A DNA stretch of 29,582 nucleotides, from the NCBI GenBank assembly GCA_964014485.1, contig CAXHAT010000087.1, positions 1 through 29,582 on the forward strand, in the 5' to 3' direction. Source of the DNA: an uncultured Deferribacteres bacterium. Lineage in GTDB: Bacteria > Zhuqueibacterota > Zhuqueibacteria > Zhuqueibacterales > Geothermadaptataceae. Below are positions 1-8,436 of this stretch, piece by piece. Below the pieces are notes generated by a model. It saw nothing but the letters and a program-made list of their open reading frames with translations. It was not told where the DNA came from and searched no databases. Numbering within the stretch: the stretch's first letter is position 1; every line of letters starts with the position of its first letter. A program made the translations under genes and the position numbers.

Positions 1-1
1 A

Positions 2-2965
2 TTACAAGCTCAACCTTCGACCGAACAACTTTTGCAAAACATGAAATGGCGCAGCATTGGCCCGGGAAATTTTTCCGGACGCATCGTCGACGTTGAAGCG
101 GTTGAAGGTGATTTTCGCAAAGTGCTCGCCGCATCAGCATCCGGCGGCGTTTGGAAATCCGTGAATGCCGGAACGACCTGGGAGCCGATTTTCGATCATT
201 ACAACAGCGCATCCATCGGCGACATTAAAATCTTTCAAAAAAATCCAGACGTCATTTGGGTGGGTACGGGCGAGGCGAACAATCGCAACAGCGTGGCTTG
301 GGGCGACGGCGTTTATAAATCAACCGACGGCGGCAAGACTTTCGAGCACATGGGTTTGAACGATACCTATCAAATTTCCCGAATTGCAACACACCCCGAT
401 GACGAAAACACAGCCTACGTTGCGGCGGCGGGTTATCTCTGGGGTTACATTGGTCAACGCGGGCTTTTCAAAACGACGGACGGCGGTAAAACCTGGCAAA
501 AACTCACTGTCGGTTTGCCGGACGACGGAAAAACGGGTGCGATTGATTTGGCCATGGACCCGTCCGATCCAAGCACGCTCTATGTAGCATTTTACCAGCG
601 TCTGCGCAAACCCTGGCGCTTCGACAGCGGAGGGCCAAACGGCGGGATTTTTAAAACCACCGACGGCGGCGCAACCTGGAAAATGTTGACCAACGGGCTG
701 CCGCGCGGAGCAACCGGTCGAATCGGTTTAGACGTCCATCGCAATAATCCAAAGATCGTCGTTGCCATCATCGAGCATGGTCATCAGCCGAAGGTTTACG
801 AGGAAGGCTACGACGACATGAGCAAGCTCGGCACCGGGATTTATCGCTCAGAAGACGGCGGCGAGAGTTGGAAATTCATGAATCGCTACAACAATCGACC
901 GTTTTACTACAGCCAGATTCGCATCAATCCTATCCACGACAATCGTCTCTACATTCTTTCCACCACGATCCAGCTTTCCGACGACGGCGGCAAAACCTTC
1001 CGCCCCGGCGGGCTCAAATTTGAAGGCGGGCTTGATTTTCACGCACTCTGGATCGATCCCGACGACGGCGACCGTTACTATTTGGGCAAAGACAAAGGCC
1101 TGACGCTGACCCACGATCACGGTGAAACCTTTCAATTGTTCGACAATATTCCCATCGGCCAATTTTATGCGCTCGGCGTGGACATGCGCGATCCGTACTA
1201 CGTCTACGGCGGGACGCAGGATAACGGCACCTGGGGCGGGCCGCATTTCAGCAAGGACGTGCGCGGCGTGCTCACCGATTCCTGGTGGAAATTACACTGG
1301 GGCGACGGCATGTTCATCCAAATTGATCCAACCGATTGGCGCAAGGGCTACACCGAGGCCGAGAACGGCAGTTTTCGCCGTTACAACATAGAAACGCGCG
1401 GGGTGGAATTTACACGACCGAGTGCGAGCAATATCGTCAATCTTGAAAAATATTTTAGCGGCGCCGCCGACCAAACGAATAGTGGCAATGTGCAAACCGG
1501 CGGTTCCGAAGCTTCGGCCAGAGCGCAATTATCAGCCTACGCGGAAGTTTTGCGCGATCAATTGCGCTTCAATTGGCGCTCGCCCATGGTCATGTCGAAG
1601 CACAACACCAACACGCTCTATCTCGGCAGTAACCATCTGCTCAAAACCGTGGACGGCGGCTACCACTGGGAAATTATCAGCCCTGATCTTTCAACCAATG
1701 ATCCGGTCAAAACTGATCGTGAATCCGGCGGCCTGACGCGCGACGTCACCGGCGCGGAAACGCATTGTTCAATCACGGGCTTTTCTGAATCGCCAATTAA
1801 CCCATCAATTCTTTGGGTTGGAACAGATGACGGCAACGTGCAAATCACGCAAAACGGCGGCGCGGATTGGGTGAACGTCCGCAAAAACATTCGGGGCGTT
1901 CCCGACGGCATTTGGGTGAGCCACGTCGAAGCTTCGCACCATGCGCCGGGACGGACTTACGTCACGTTTGACGGTCACCGCAGCGCTGAGCTGGCGACCT
2001 GGATTTTCAAGACCGAGGATTTTGGCAAAACCTGGACGCGCGTCAGCAGCAACATCCCGGACGGCCAGGTGATGTACGTCCTCCGCGAAGACGCCAAGAA
2101 TCCGAAATTGCTTTTCGCCGGATCGGAGTTCGCTTGCTTTGTGACGTTGGACGGCGGCAAATCCTGGTCTCGCGCCATGAACAACATGCCGACGGTCGCG
2201 ATTCACGACCTGGTCATCCACCCTCGCGACGGGGATGTCATCGCCGGGACGCACGGACGCAGCTTCCAGGTTTTGGATGACGTCACTCCCTTGCAGCAGC
2301 TCACCGACGATGTGCTCGCCAGCGACGCGCATATTTTTGACAATCGCCCAATGACCATTTGGGAAGACGCTACGCGCGGCGGCGTGCGCGGACACATGTT
2401 TTTCGCCGGAGAAAATCCGCCTTATATTCCCAAGCGCGAAGACGTCGTTCGCGCAAAACTCATCAGCGGCGGTTTGATCAATTATTATCTCAAAAATGAT
2501 GCAGCGAGCGAGCCGGTTTTCGAAATCTCTGACATTCAAGGCGAGCGCAGACGCGTTTTGAAAGGCAAGAAAACCGCCGGCATTCATCGCCTGTTGTGGG
2601 ATTTGCATTTCGACGCTTCGGAGCGTTCGCAACAGCAAACCGCATCGCAAGTCGGCGGCGTGTTTGACCGCTTGTTGGAATTACCGAACTTGTCGCAATC
2701 GCACAAGACCTGGGTTGAGCAAAAACAGAGTGAATTTCAAAACGCAGCGACGGACGACGAACGTCGGGCTGTATTAATCGAAGTAGGCAACCGTTATCGT
2801 TTTGAAAGATCGATGCGCGGCATGTTTCGGGGGAGCTTTAGAACATTTATTTTCGGCGGCGCTTCGGGACAGCAAGCCGAGCCGGGCGAGTATGTCGTGA
2901 AAATGACCGTCGGCGGCAAGACGTACACAAACACTATCACGGTCCGAGACGATCCAATGTTGTAG
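2..2965 (+). CDS. VPS10/sortilin-like BNR (Asp-box) repeat beta-propeller protein, often annotated glycosyl hydrolase; 5'-truncated
   Basis: The frame is open from base 2 (LQAQPSTEQLLQNMKWRSIGP), so the start lies upstream of the window. Many S/TxDGGxTW Asp-box repeats, plus family motifs WRSIGP..SGRI, GTGE.N.RNSV, YYSQI, GGTQDNG, RFNW and GTHGRS. Confidence 0.85.
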   Translation, partial: LQAQPSTEQLLQNMKWRSIGPGNFSGRIVDVEAVEGDFRKVLAASASGGVWKSVNAGTTWEPIFDHYNSASIGDIKIFQKNPDVIWVGTGEANNRNSVAWGDGVYKSTDGGKTFEHMGLNDTYQISRIATHPDDENTAYVAAAGYLWGYIGQRGLFKTTDGGKTWQKLTVGLPDDGKTGAIDLAMDPSDPSTLYVAFYQRLRKPWRFDSGGPNGGIFKTTDGGATWKMLTNGLPRGATGRIGLDVHRNNPKIVVAIIEHGHQPKVYEEGYDDMSKLGTGIYRSEDGGESWKFMNRYNNRPFYYSQIRINPIHDNRLYILSTTIQLSDDGGKTFRPGGLKFEGGLDFHALWIDPDDGDRYYLGKDKGLTLTHDHGETFQLFDNIPIGQFYALGVDMRDPYYVYGGTQDNGTWGGPHFSKDVRGVLTDSWWKLHWGDGMFIQIDPTDWRKGYTEAENGSFRRYNIETRGVEFTRPSASNIVNLEKYFSGAADQTNSGNVQTGGSEASARAQLSAYAEVLRDQLRFNWRSPMVMSKHNTNTLYLGSNHLLKTVDGGYHWEIISPDLSTNDPVKTDRESGGLTRDVTGAETHCSITGFSESPINPSILWVGTDDGNVQITQNGGADWVNVRKNIRGVPDGIWVSHVEASHHAPGRTYVTFDGHRSAELATWIFKTEDFGKTWTRVSSNIPDGQVMYVLREDAKNPKLLFAGSEFACFVTLDGGKSWSRAMNNMPTVAIHDLVIHPRDGDVIAGTHGRSFQVLDDVTPLQQLTDDVLASDAHIFDNRPMTIWEDATRGGVRGHMFFAGENPPYIPKREDVVRAKLISGGLINYYLKNDAASEPVFEISDIQGERRRVLKGKKTAGIHRLLWDLHFDASERSQQQTASQVGGVFDRLLELPNLSQSHKTWVEQKQSEFQNAATDDERRAVLIEVGNRYRFERSMRGMFRGSFRTFIFGGASGQQAEPGEYVVKMTVGGKTYTNTITVRDDPML

Positions 2966-2992
2966 ATCGGGTTAAGCGCACGAATCCGGCTT
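2962..2992 (+). repeat. Degenerate GTAG-type REP-like hairpin overlapping the stop codon
   Basis: GTAGATCGGGTTAAGCGCACGAATCCGGCTT. It shares CGAATCCGGCTT with the element at 26343-26370 read on the minus strand. Confidence 0.45.
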
Positions 2993-3024
2993 GTCTCAAG
3001 TATTGTAGAAATCGGGAATAAAAG

Positions 3025-3071
3025 AAAAAGCCTCTGGAATTCGATGAAACGAATTTGCCAGAGGCTTTTTT
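3025..3071. terminator. Bidirectional rho-independent terminator
   Basis: AAAAAGCCTCTGG (3025-3037) pairs with CCAGAGGCTTTTT (3058-3070), with an inner AATTCG/CGAATT stem. A/T tracts on both sides; located between convergent genes. Confidence 0.85.
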
Positions 3072-3102
3072 ATATTCGATCAGCGGTAAACGCCGCGTTT
3101 AA

Positions 3103-3429
3103 TTAAACCGAAAAAGAAGAACCGCAGCCGCAGGTGCGCTGGGCGTTTGGGTTGTTGAAAACGAAACCCTTGCCGTTCAGCCCGTCGCTGAAATCAACCA
3201 CAGTGCCGTCGAGATACATTGCGCTCTTGGAATCAATGATCAAGTTGATATCGTGCATGTTGATTTTACGATCATTCTCGGTTTGGTTTTGCTCAATGGT
3301 CATAAAATAGCTCAACCCGGAGCAACCGCCGCCTTGCACGCCGATGCGCAATTTCAAATCGTCTTCCTGCTCCTGCGTCATGATTTTTTTGATTTCGTCA
3401 GCGGCTTTTGAGGTTATATTGAAATCCAT
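3103..3429 (-). CDS. iscA: Iron-sulfur cluster assembly accessory (A-type carrier) protein, HesB/IscA/ErpA family
   Basis: LRIGVQGGGCSGLSY, YLDGTVVDF and C-terminal NPNAQRTCGCGSSF; 108 aa; GGAG RBS. Confidence 0.93.
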   Translation of the reverse strand: MDFNITSKAADEIKKIMTQEQEDDLKLRIGVQGGGCSGLSYFMTIEQNQTENDRKINMHDINLIIDSKSAMYLDGTVVDFSDGLNGKGFVFNNPNAQRTCGCGSSFSV

Positions 3430-3509
3430 AGTTACTCACTCCAATTTCGACAGATTCGTTCTGTTCCTCTAACGCGCTTCGCCGCGCGTTTATTCTTGAA
3501 TCGGAGCAA

Positions 3510-3538
3510 ATAATACATCTTAAAGTGACGATTTGCAA
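3510..3538 (-). promoter_or_regulatory. Putative sigma70 promoter of iscA
   Basis: Minus strand reads TTGCAA-17 nt-TATTAT, about 80 nt upstream of the ATG. Confidence 0.55.
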
Positions 3539-3548
3539 GTCGAAATTT

Positions 3549-3576
3549 GTAGAGACGCGATGCATCGCGTCTCTAC
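3549..3576. repeat. Perfect 28-bp GTAG-type REP-like palindrome
   Basis: GTAGAGACGCGATGCATCGCGTCTCTAC is its own reverse complement. Its minus-strand GTAG supplies the TAG stop of the ABC permease. Confidence 0.8.
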
Positions 3577-4829
3577 TCATATCGTAATGCTTCGACAGGA
3601 TCGACGCGCGCAGCACGCTTGGCCGGGAAAAATCCGGCAAAAACGCCGATTCCCGTGAGAATGAGTACGGTGAACAAGGCGATGTCGGAAGAGAATTTCG
3701 GTATGCCCAGCATCTCTGAAGCCTGCCCCATTTGCGGCAGCGCGATTCCGGCGAGGATGATGATCACCAAAGCCCCGAGCGCGCCGATGGCGCCGCCCAT
3801 GCCGGTGACGAGAATGGATTCGAGAATAAATTGACTGACGATGTGTTTGCGTTTTGCGCCGAGCGCTCGCTTAACCCCGATTTCGCGCGTGCGCTCTTTC
3901 ACGACCACGTACATAATGTTCGCCACGCCAACCCCGGCGATCAGTAGCGTCATGCCGCCCACCGCCGCCATGAAGATTTGAATAGCCTTGAAAATTTTGC
4001 GCATCATCGCTTCGTCTTCGATGGAGTCCCAGAAGGAGATTGCCCGGTCGTCCGTTCCGGCGAACCGGTATTTCCGTCCCATCAACTCAGTCATTCGTGC
4101 ACGGACTAAAAGATTATCCGCTGGATTCTTCGGTTTTACGGCGATGTACCAAACCCTGGGTTGCGGCCAGATCGAATTGTACGTCGTGTGCGGAATCACG
4201 ACGCGCTGGTCGTCCGGGCCGTTGTTCATCGAATTTTGGAATTTTTTCGGCATGACGCCGACGACTTTGAAGGGATAGCCGCCAATTGTGATTTGCTCGC
4301 CAATCGCATTTTTGTCGGCAAAAAGCGTGGTTGCGATTTCGTGGCCGAGAAAAACGACGCGGCGTTTTTGGTCGATGTCTTCAACGTTCAAAAAACGTCC
4401 CCCGGCAATCGGGTACATTCTTCTGAGCGTCTCGAACGACGGATCGACGCCAATCGTATAACCCGAAGTCGTGGAGGTTCCGTCAAACTCGACCGGAACG
4501 CGCCGCCCGTAGGCAGGGCTGACAAAATCAACTTCCGGGATCGATTCCAAAATTAAATCCGCATCTTCCGGCGTAAGGCGGATGCTCCGGCCTTTGGGCA
4601 ATCCTTGGTGGACGATGGAAGTGTTGCCGCCGAAAACGCGAATGATTTTGTCCCCGTTGTTAAGGTTGCCGTTGATCATCTGGTGCTCCAACCCTTCCCC
4701 AAATGCAAGCAGCAAAATGACCGACAACGTGCCCCAAGCGACGGCGAATGTGGTTAAAAATGCGCGGGTTTTTTGGGTGGTAAGGTCGTGATAGAATTCT
4801 TGTAAAAGAAGCCAGATGCGAAAAAACAT
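3573..4829 (-). CDS. ABC transporter permease, MacB/FtsX family
   Basis: RAFLTTFAVAWG, a periplasmic core with GGRFLN..D....RVVFLG, and C-terminal GVGVANIMYVVVKERTREIGVKRALGA ... PAKRAARVDPVEALRYE. Start moved to ATG 4829 because the ORF-track extension runs through repeat DNA. Confidence 0.9.
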   Translation of the reverse strand: MFFRIWLLLQEFYHDLTTQKTRAFLTTFAVAWGTLSVILLLAFGEGLEHQMINGNLNNGDKIIRVFGGNTSIVHQGLPKGRSIRLTPEDADLILESIPEVDFVSPAYGRRVPVEFDGTSTTSGYTIGVDPSFETLRRMYPIAGGRFLNVEDIDQKRRVVFLGHEIATTLFADKNAIGEQITIGGYPFKVVGVMPKKFQNSMNNGPDDQRVVIPHTTYNSIWPQPRVWYIAVKPKNPADNLLVRARMTELMGRKYRFAGTDDRAISFWDSIEDEAMMRKIFKAIQIFMAAVGGMTLLIAGVGVANIMYVVVKERTREIGVKRALGAKRKHIVSQFILESILVTGMGGAIGALGALVIIILAGIALPQMGQASEMLGIPKFSSDIALFTVLILTGIGVFAGFFPAKRAARVDPVEALRYE

Positions 4830-4860
4830 ATTTAAGCCTGCTTTTTGCTCAAAATATTGA

Positions 4861-5036
4861 CTGATGTTACGCGCCACCGGAAAAATTAAGGAGTGCAAAG
4901 CTTGCTTTGCCTTTTGACGCCAGCAAGCTAAAATGTGCAAGTTCAGAGTGTTTAACAACAAAGTTTGAGAAAACCCGCAGTGGAATGGCAAGGCAAGCCT
5001 TGCACTCCATTTTTCATATCAGCTGCGTAACGTCAG
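4861..5036. repeat. REP doublet/REPIN- or MITE-like element with nested inverted repeats
   Basis: Inner IR: GGAGTGCAAAGCTTGCTTTGCC (4890-4911) and GGCAAGGCAAGCCTTGCACTCC (4987-5008). Outer IR: CTGATGTTACGC (4861-4872) and GCGTAACGTCAG (5025-5036). Confidence 0.7.
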
Positions 5037-5204
5037 ATATTGAAATGACGCGACTTAGTCAAAACGCACGATTGGTTATTGCGAAGTCGCAGTCATTTCT
5101 ATTCGACAGGCCAATATTCAATTAGTTTCAAATCATTTACCCGGAAATCTGAAATCGCTTATGTTTGGAGCGTTTTGTGGCAGGCTGGATCGGAAACGGG
5201 AAAA

Positions 5205-6743
5205 ATGATGAAGCTCAAAACGAAAAAGTTATGCTTTCTGCTGGCGGTTGCGCTTGTGTTTAATTGCCGCCCTTCAAATCAGGCTGGATGTCCGGAAATG
5301 GAATTCCCAAATATTATTTATATTCTCGCCGACGACATGGGTTACGGCGACGTCTCTGCGTTCAATGAACAATCCAAAATCAGAACGCCAAATATCGATG
5401 CTTTGGCGGCGCAAGGCATGGTTTTTACCGATGCTCACAGCGGCTCGGCGGTATGCACGCCGACGCGCTACGGCGTTTTAACCGGGCGATACGCCTGGCG
5501 AACCTGGGTGAAAAAGGGCGTTCTTTGGAGCTATGACGAGCCGCTTATTTCCCCAACAAGAACGACGGTCGCTTCTCTACTCAAAAAGCACGACTACCAC
5601 ACAGCCGCAATCGGCAAATGGCACTTGGGATTGGGGTGGCAAAAAGGCGAGGACGGCACGGTTGATTTGATCAAGCCCATCAAGAACGGTCCGAATGCCA
5701 ACGGCTTTGACTATTTCTTCGGCATTACCGCTTCGCTGGACATCCCGCCATACATTTACATCGAAAATGATCGTTCGACGACGACGGTAATTGACACGAT
5801 TTCCAAAAACGACGGCAAAGGTTTCTGGCGTAGAGGGCCGGTCGGGGATGATTTCAAGCACGAGGAAGTCCTGCCGAAGCTGATGCAAAAAGCGGTTCAA
5901 TACATCGATGCGCAGGCAAAAAATGACGCTCCTTTCTTTCTCTATTTTCCCTTGCCCGCGCCGCACACGCCTATTTTACCGACCGAAGAATTTCTTGGCA
6001 AAAGCGGGACGAACGAGTACGGCGATTTTGTGCTCATGGTTGACGACGTGGTCGAGCAGGTTGTCGCCGCGCTTGAGAAAAACAATATTTCCGAAAATAC
6101 GATGGTTGTTTTTACTTCGGACAACGGTTGCTCGCCGATGGCGGATTTCGATGAACTTGCAAAATTCGGCCACCAGCCAGGCTACATTTATCGCGGCCAT
6201 AAGGCTGATATTTTTGAAGGCGGGCATCGCGTGCCGTTTGTCGTACGCTGGCCTGAACGCATAAAAGCTGGAACGCGGTATGATGAAACCGTTTGTCTGA
6301 CTGATTTAATGGCGACCTGCGCGGCAATCGTCGGCGATTCACTCGCGGCGGATGAAGGCGAGGACAGTTTTGATCTCACCTCGGCTCTACTTGGAAAAGT
6401 TGTTTCCGGGCCGATTCGCGAAGCGACGGTGCATCACTCCATCGAAGGCGTTTTTTCGATTCGCCAGAACAAATGGAAACTGATTTTTGGCCCTGGGTCG
6501 GGCGGCTGGAGCGAACCAAAACCGCAAAAAGCGAAGACGCTCGGATTGCCGTCTTTACAACTTTACGATCTGGAGCAGGATCCGGGCGAATTGAACAATT
6601 TAGCTGATCAGGAGCCTGAACTGGTTAAAAAACTGACCGCACTTATGAAAAAATACATCGCCCAAGGCCGGAGCACGCCGGGCGCTCCACAGCCAAACGA
6701 TACGGAAACGACCTTGTATTTAAACGGCAGCCAAGCCGAGTAA
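5205..6743 (+). CDS. Sulfatase (S1, Cys-type formylglycine-dependent; arylsulfatase A-like), probable lipoprotein
   Basis: PNIIYILADDMGYGD, CTPTR (from 5454) followed by LTGRY, GKWHLG, PH, FTSDNG, FEGGHRVP and LYDL..DPGE. Signal peptide ends ALVFNC. Start moved to ATG 5205. Confidence 0.93.
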   Translation: MMKLKTKKLCFLLAVALVFNCRPSNQAGCPEMEFPNIIYILADDMGYGDVSAFNEQSKIRTPNIDALAAQGMVFTDAHSGSAVCTPTRYGVLTGRYAWRTWVKKGVLWSYDEPLISPTRTTVASLLKKHDYHTAAIGKWHLGLGWQKGEDGTVDLIKPIKNGPNANGFDYFFGITASLDIPPYIYIENDRSTTTVIDTISKNDGKGFWRRGPVGDDFKHEEVLPKLMQKAVQYIDAQAKNDAPFFLYFPLPAPHTPILPTEEFLGKSGTNEYGDFVLMVDDVVEQVVAALEKNNISENTMVVFTSDNGCSPMADFDELAKFGHQPGYIYRGHKADIFEGGHRVPFVVRWPERIKAGTRYDETVCLTDLMATCAAIVGDSLAADEGEDSFDLTSALLGKVVSGPIREATVHHSIEGVFSIRQNKWKLIFGPGSGGWSEPKPQKAKTLGLPSLQLYDLEQDPGELNNLADQEPELVKKLTALMKKYIAQGRSTPGAPQPNDTETTLYLNGSQAE

Positions 6744-8152
6744 TGGAAATGAAGCGGAAATCGACGATAACACAGAAGCTCGAAGCGGTCAACGAGTTTG
6801 AACGAGAGCCGGTGCCTGAAGAAAAACTGAAGAGCGAGAAAAGTTTTTGGGGCGTTTATGCCGGCGAACATACGGCTGGAACCGAATTCGTCATCGGGCC
6901 GCTGTTTGTCGCACGCGGCGTCGCAGCGGATGATCTTGTGCTTGGCCTGCTCGTTGGAAATCTTCTTGCCGTTTTTAGCTGGGCTTTTCTCTGCGCGCCC
7001 ATCGCCGTTCGAACCCGCCTGACGCTCTATTACCAACTCGAGAAAATTTGCGGCGCCAAGCTGACGACGATTTACAATCTTGTGAACGCGCTGATGTTTT
7101 GTTTTCTGGCGGGATCGATGATCGCAGTTTCTGCGACGGCCGTTGGTATCCCTTTCGGTCTCGCTATGCCGTCGTTGCAGGATTTTTACCCAAACAGTCT
7201 CGGCTGGATAATCGCGGTCTTGGCTATCGGTGCGGTGACGACGACGGTCGCCATTTTGGGCTATTCACAAATTTCTCGTTTTGCCAATTACGCTGCTCCG
7301 TGGATGATTTTGGTGTTTATCGCAGCCGCCGTCGCCGTTTTGCCCGATTTGGGCGTTCGCTCATTCTCTGATTTTTGGCCGCTCGCGAAAGAAAAAATCT
7401 GGACGGGCGTTCCTTTGGCAGACCAGAGCAAGTTTACCTTTTGGCACGTGATGTTTTTTGCCTGGTTCTGCAACATGGCAATGCACATCGGCATGGCGGA
7501 CATGTCGATCTTGCGCTACGCGCGAAACTGGCGGAGCGGGTTCGCTTCATCGGCGGGCATGTTTGTCGGACATTATATTGCGTGGTTGGCTTCGGGGATT
7601 TTGTACGCGCTTTTCTTGCTCGAATCAAATCAAAGCGACGAATTTTCTCCCGGTCAGATTGCTTTTCGCGCGGCTGGAATCGCAGGAGCGCTTTGCGTTA
7701 TTATTGCAGGCTGGACAACGGCGAATCCAACGATTTATCGCGCCGGGCTGGCAGTGCAATCCATCAGACCAGAATGGAAAACATGGCGCGTCACGCTCGC
7801 TGTCGGCGCGATCACAACCGTCGCCGCCTGTTTTCCGGCATTAGTGATGAAGTTGCTCGATTTCGTGGCGTTGTACGGGTTGGTTCTCATGCCAATGGGC
7901 GCGGTTATTTTGATGGACGTCTACGTTATTCCTAAGTTGGGTTTAACGCAAAATTATGCTGAATCGGCGGGGACTTCTTTCAACGTCGCACCATTCCTGG
8001 CCTGGACGCTTTGTTTGAGTTTTTGCTGGCTAATCAATTATTGGTTCGGCTTGGAAATATTTTTTCTGGGATTGCCCGGCTGGTTTATCGCTGCGATTTT
8101 GTACATCGGGTTCAGCGTAGTTCTCCAGAACAAAAGGAGAGTTATGCTATGA
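6743..8152 (+). CDS. Purine-cytosine permease-like (NCS1/APC fold) transporter, substrate unknown
   Basis: About 12 hydrophobic segments; motifs EFEREPVP, GEHTAGTEF, DMSILRYA and AGWTTANPTIYRAGLA. Coupled to the sulfatase by a TAATG overlap. Confidence 0.75.
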   Translation: MEMKRKSTITQKLEAVNEFEREPVPEEKLKSEKSFWGVYAGEHTAGTEFVIGPLFVARGVAADDLVLGLLVGNLLAVFSWAFLCAPIAVRTRLTLYYQLEKICGAKLTTIYNLVNALMFCFLAGSMIAVSATAVGIPFGLAMPSLQDFYPNSLGWIIAVLAIGAVTTTVAILGYSQISRFANYAAPWMILVFIAAAVAVLPDLGVRSFSDFWPLAKEKIWTGVPLADQSKFTFWHVMFFAWFCNMAMHIGMADMSILRYARNWRSGFASSAGMFVGHYIAWLASGILYALFLLESNQSDEFSPGQIAFRAAGIAGALCVIIAGWTTANPTIYRAGLAVQSIRPEWKTWRVTLAVGAITTVAACFPALVMKLLDFVALYGLVLMPMGAVILMDVYVIPKLGLTQNYAESAGTSFNVAPFLAWTLCLSFCWLINYWFGLEIFFLGLPGWFIAAILYIGFSVVLQNKRRVML

Positions 8153-8322
8153 AAAAGCTTTTAATGACGATTTCTTTCTTTGGCCTGCTGCTTACAGTCT
8201 TGCCTGCATTTTTGACTCTTTCCGGAAAGATCGATTTTGAAGCGCACAAAACGCTCATGGCCGTTGGAGCCGGCTTGTGGTTCGTAACGGCGCCGTTTTG
8301 GATGAGAAAGGAGCGGACGTAA
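8149..8322 (+). CDS. Small two-TM membrane protein (57 aa)
   Basis: MKKLLMTISFFGLLLTVLPAFL...LWFVTAPFWMRKERT. ATGA overlap with the permease stop and an AGGAG RBS. Confidence 0.8.
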   Translation: MKKLLMTISFFGLLLTVLPAFLTLSGKIDFEAHKTLMAVGAGLWFVTAPFWMRKERT

Positions 8323-8436
8323 TTCATTATTTTCACGCACTTAAGCAGGGTTTTCGTTGAAACTGTTTTACGAATGATTTCCATTCGTTTTTTGAATCAG
8401 GAATTATGACGAAAAGACGAATTCTGGAGCATCGCT

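Noticed and set aside
1805..2650. 281-aa minus-strand ORF and the many other short nested ORFs
   Set aside because: They lie entirely within well-supported genes on the other strand or frame and show no domain signal.
3573..4829. Orphan MacB-type permease as a novel system
   Set aside because: Dispersed paralogs of this family are common, and the ATPase and adaptor may be encoded elsewhere.
4830..5204. N-terminal extensions of the permease (to 4991) and sulfatase (from 5079), and ORF 4907-5125
   Set aside because: They translate repeat or intergenic DNA. The downstream ATGs give family-typical N-termini.
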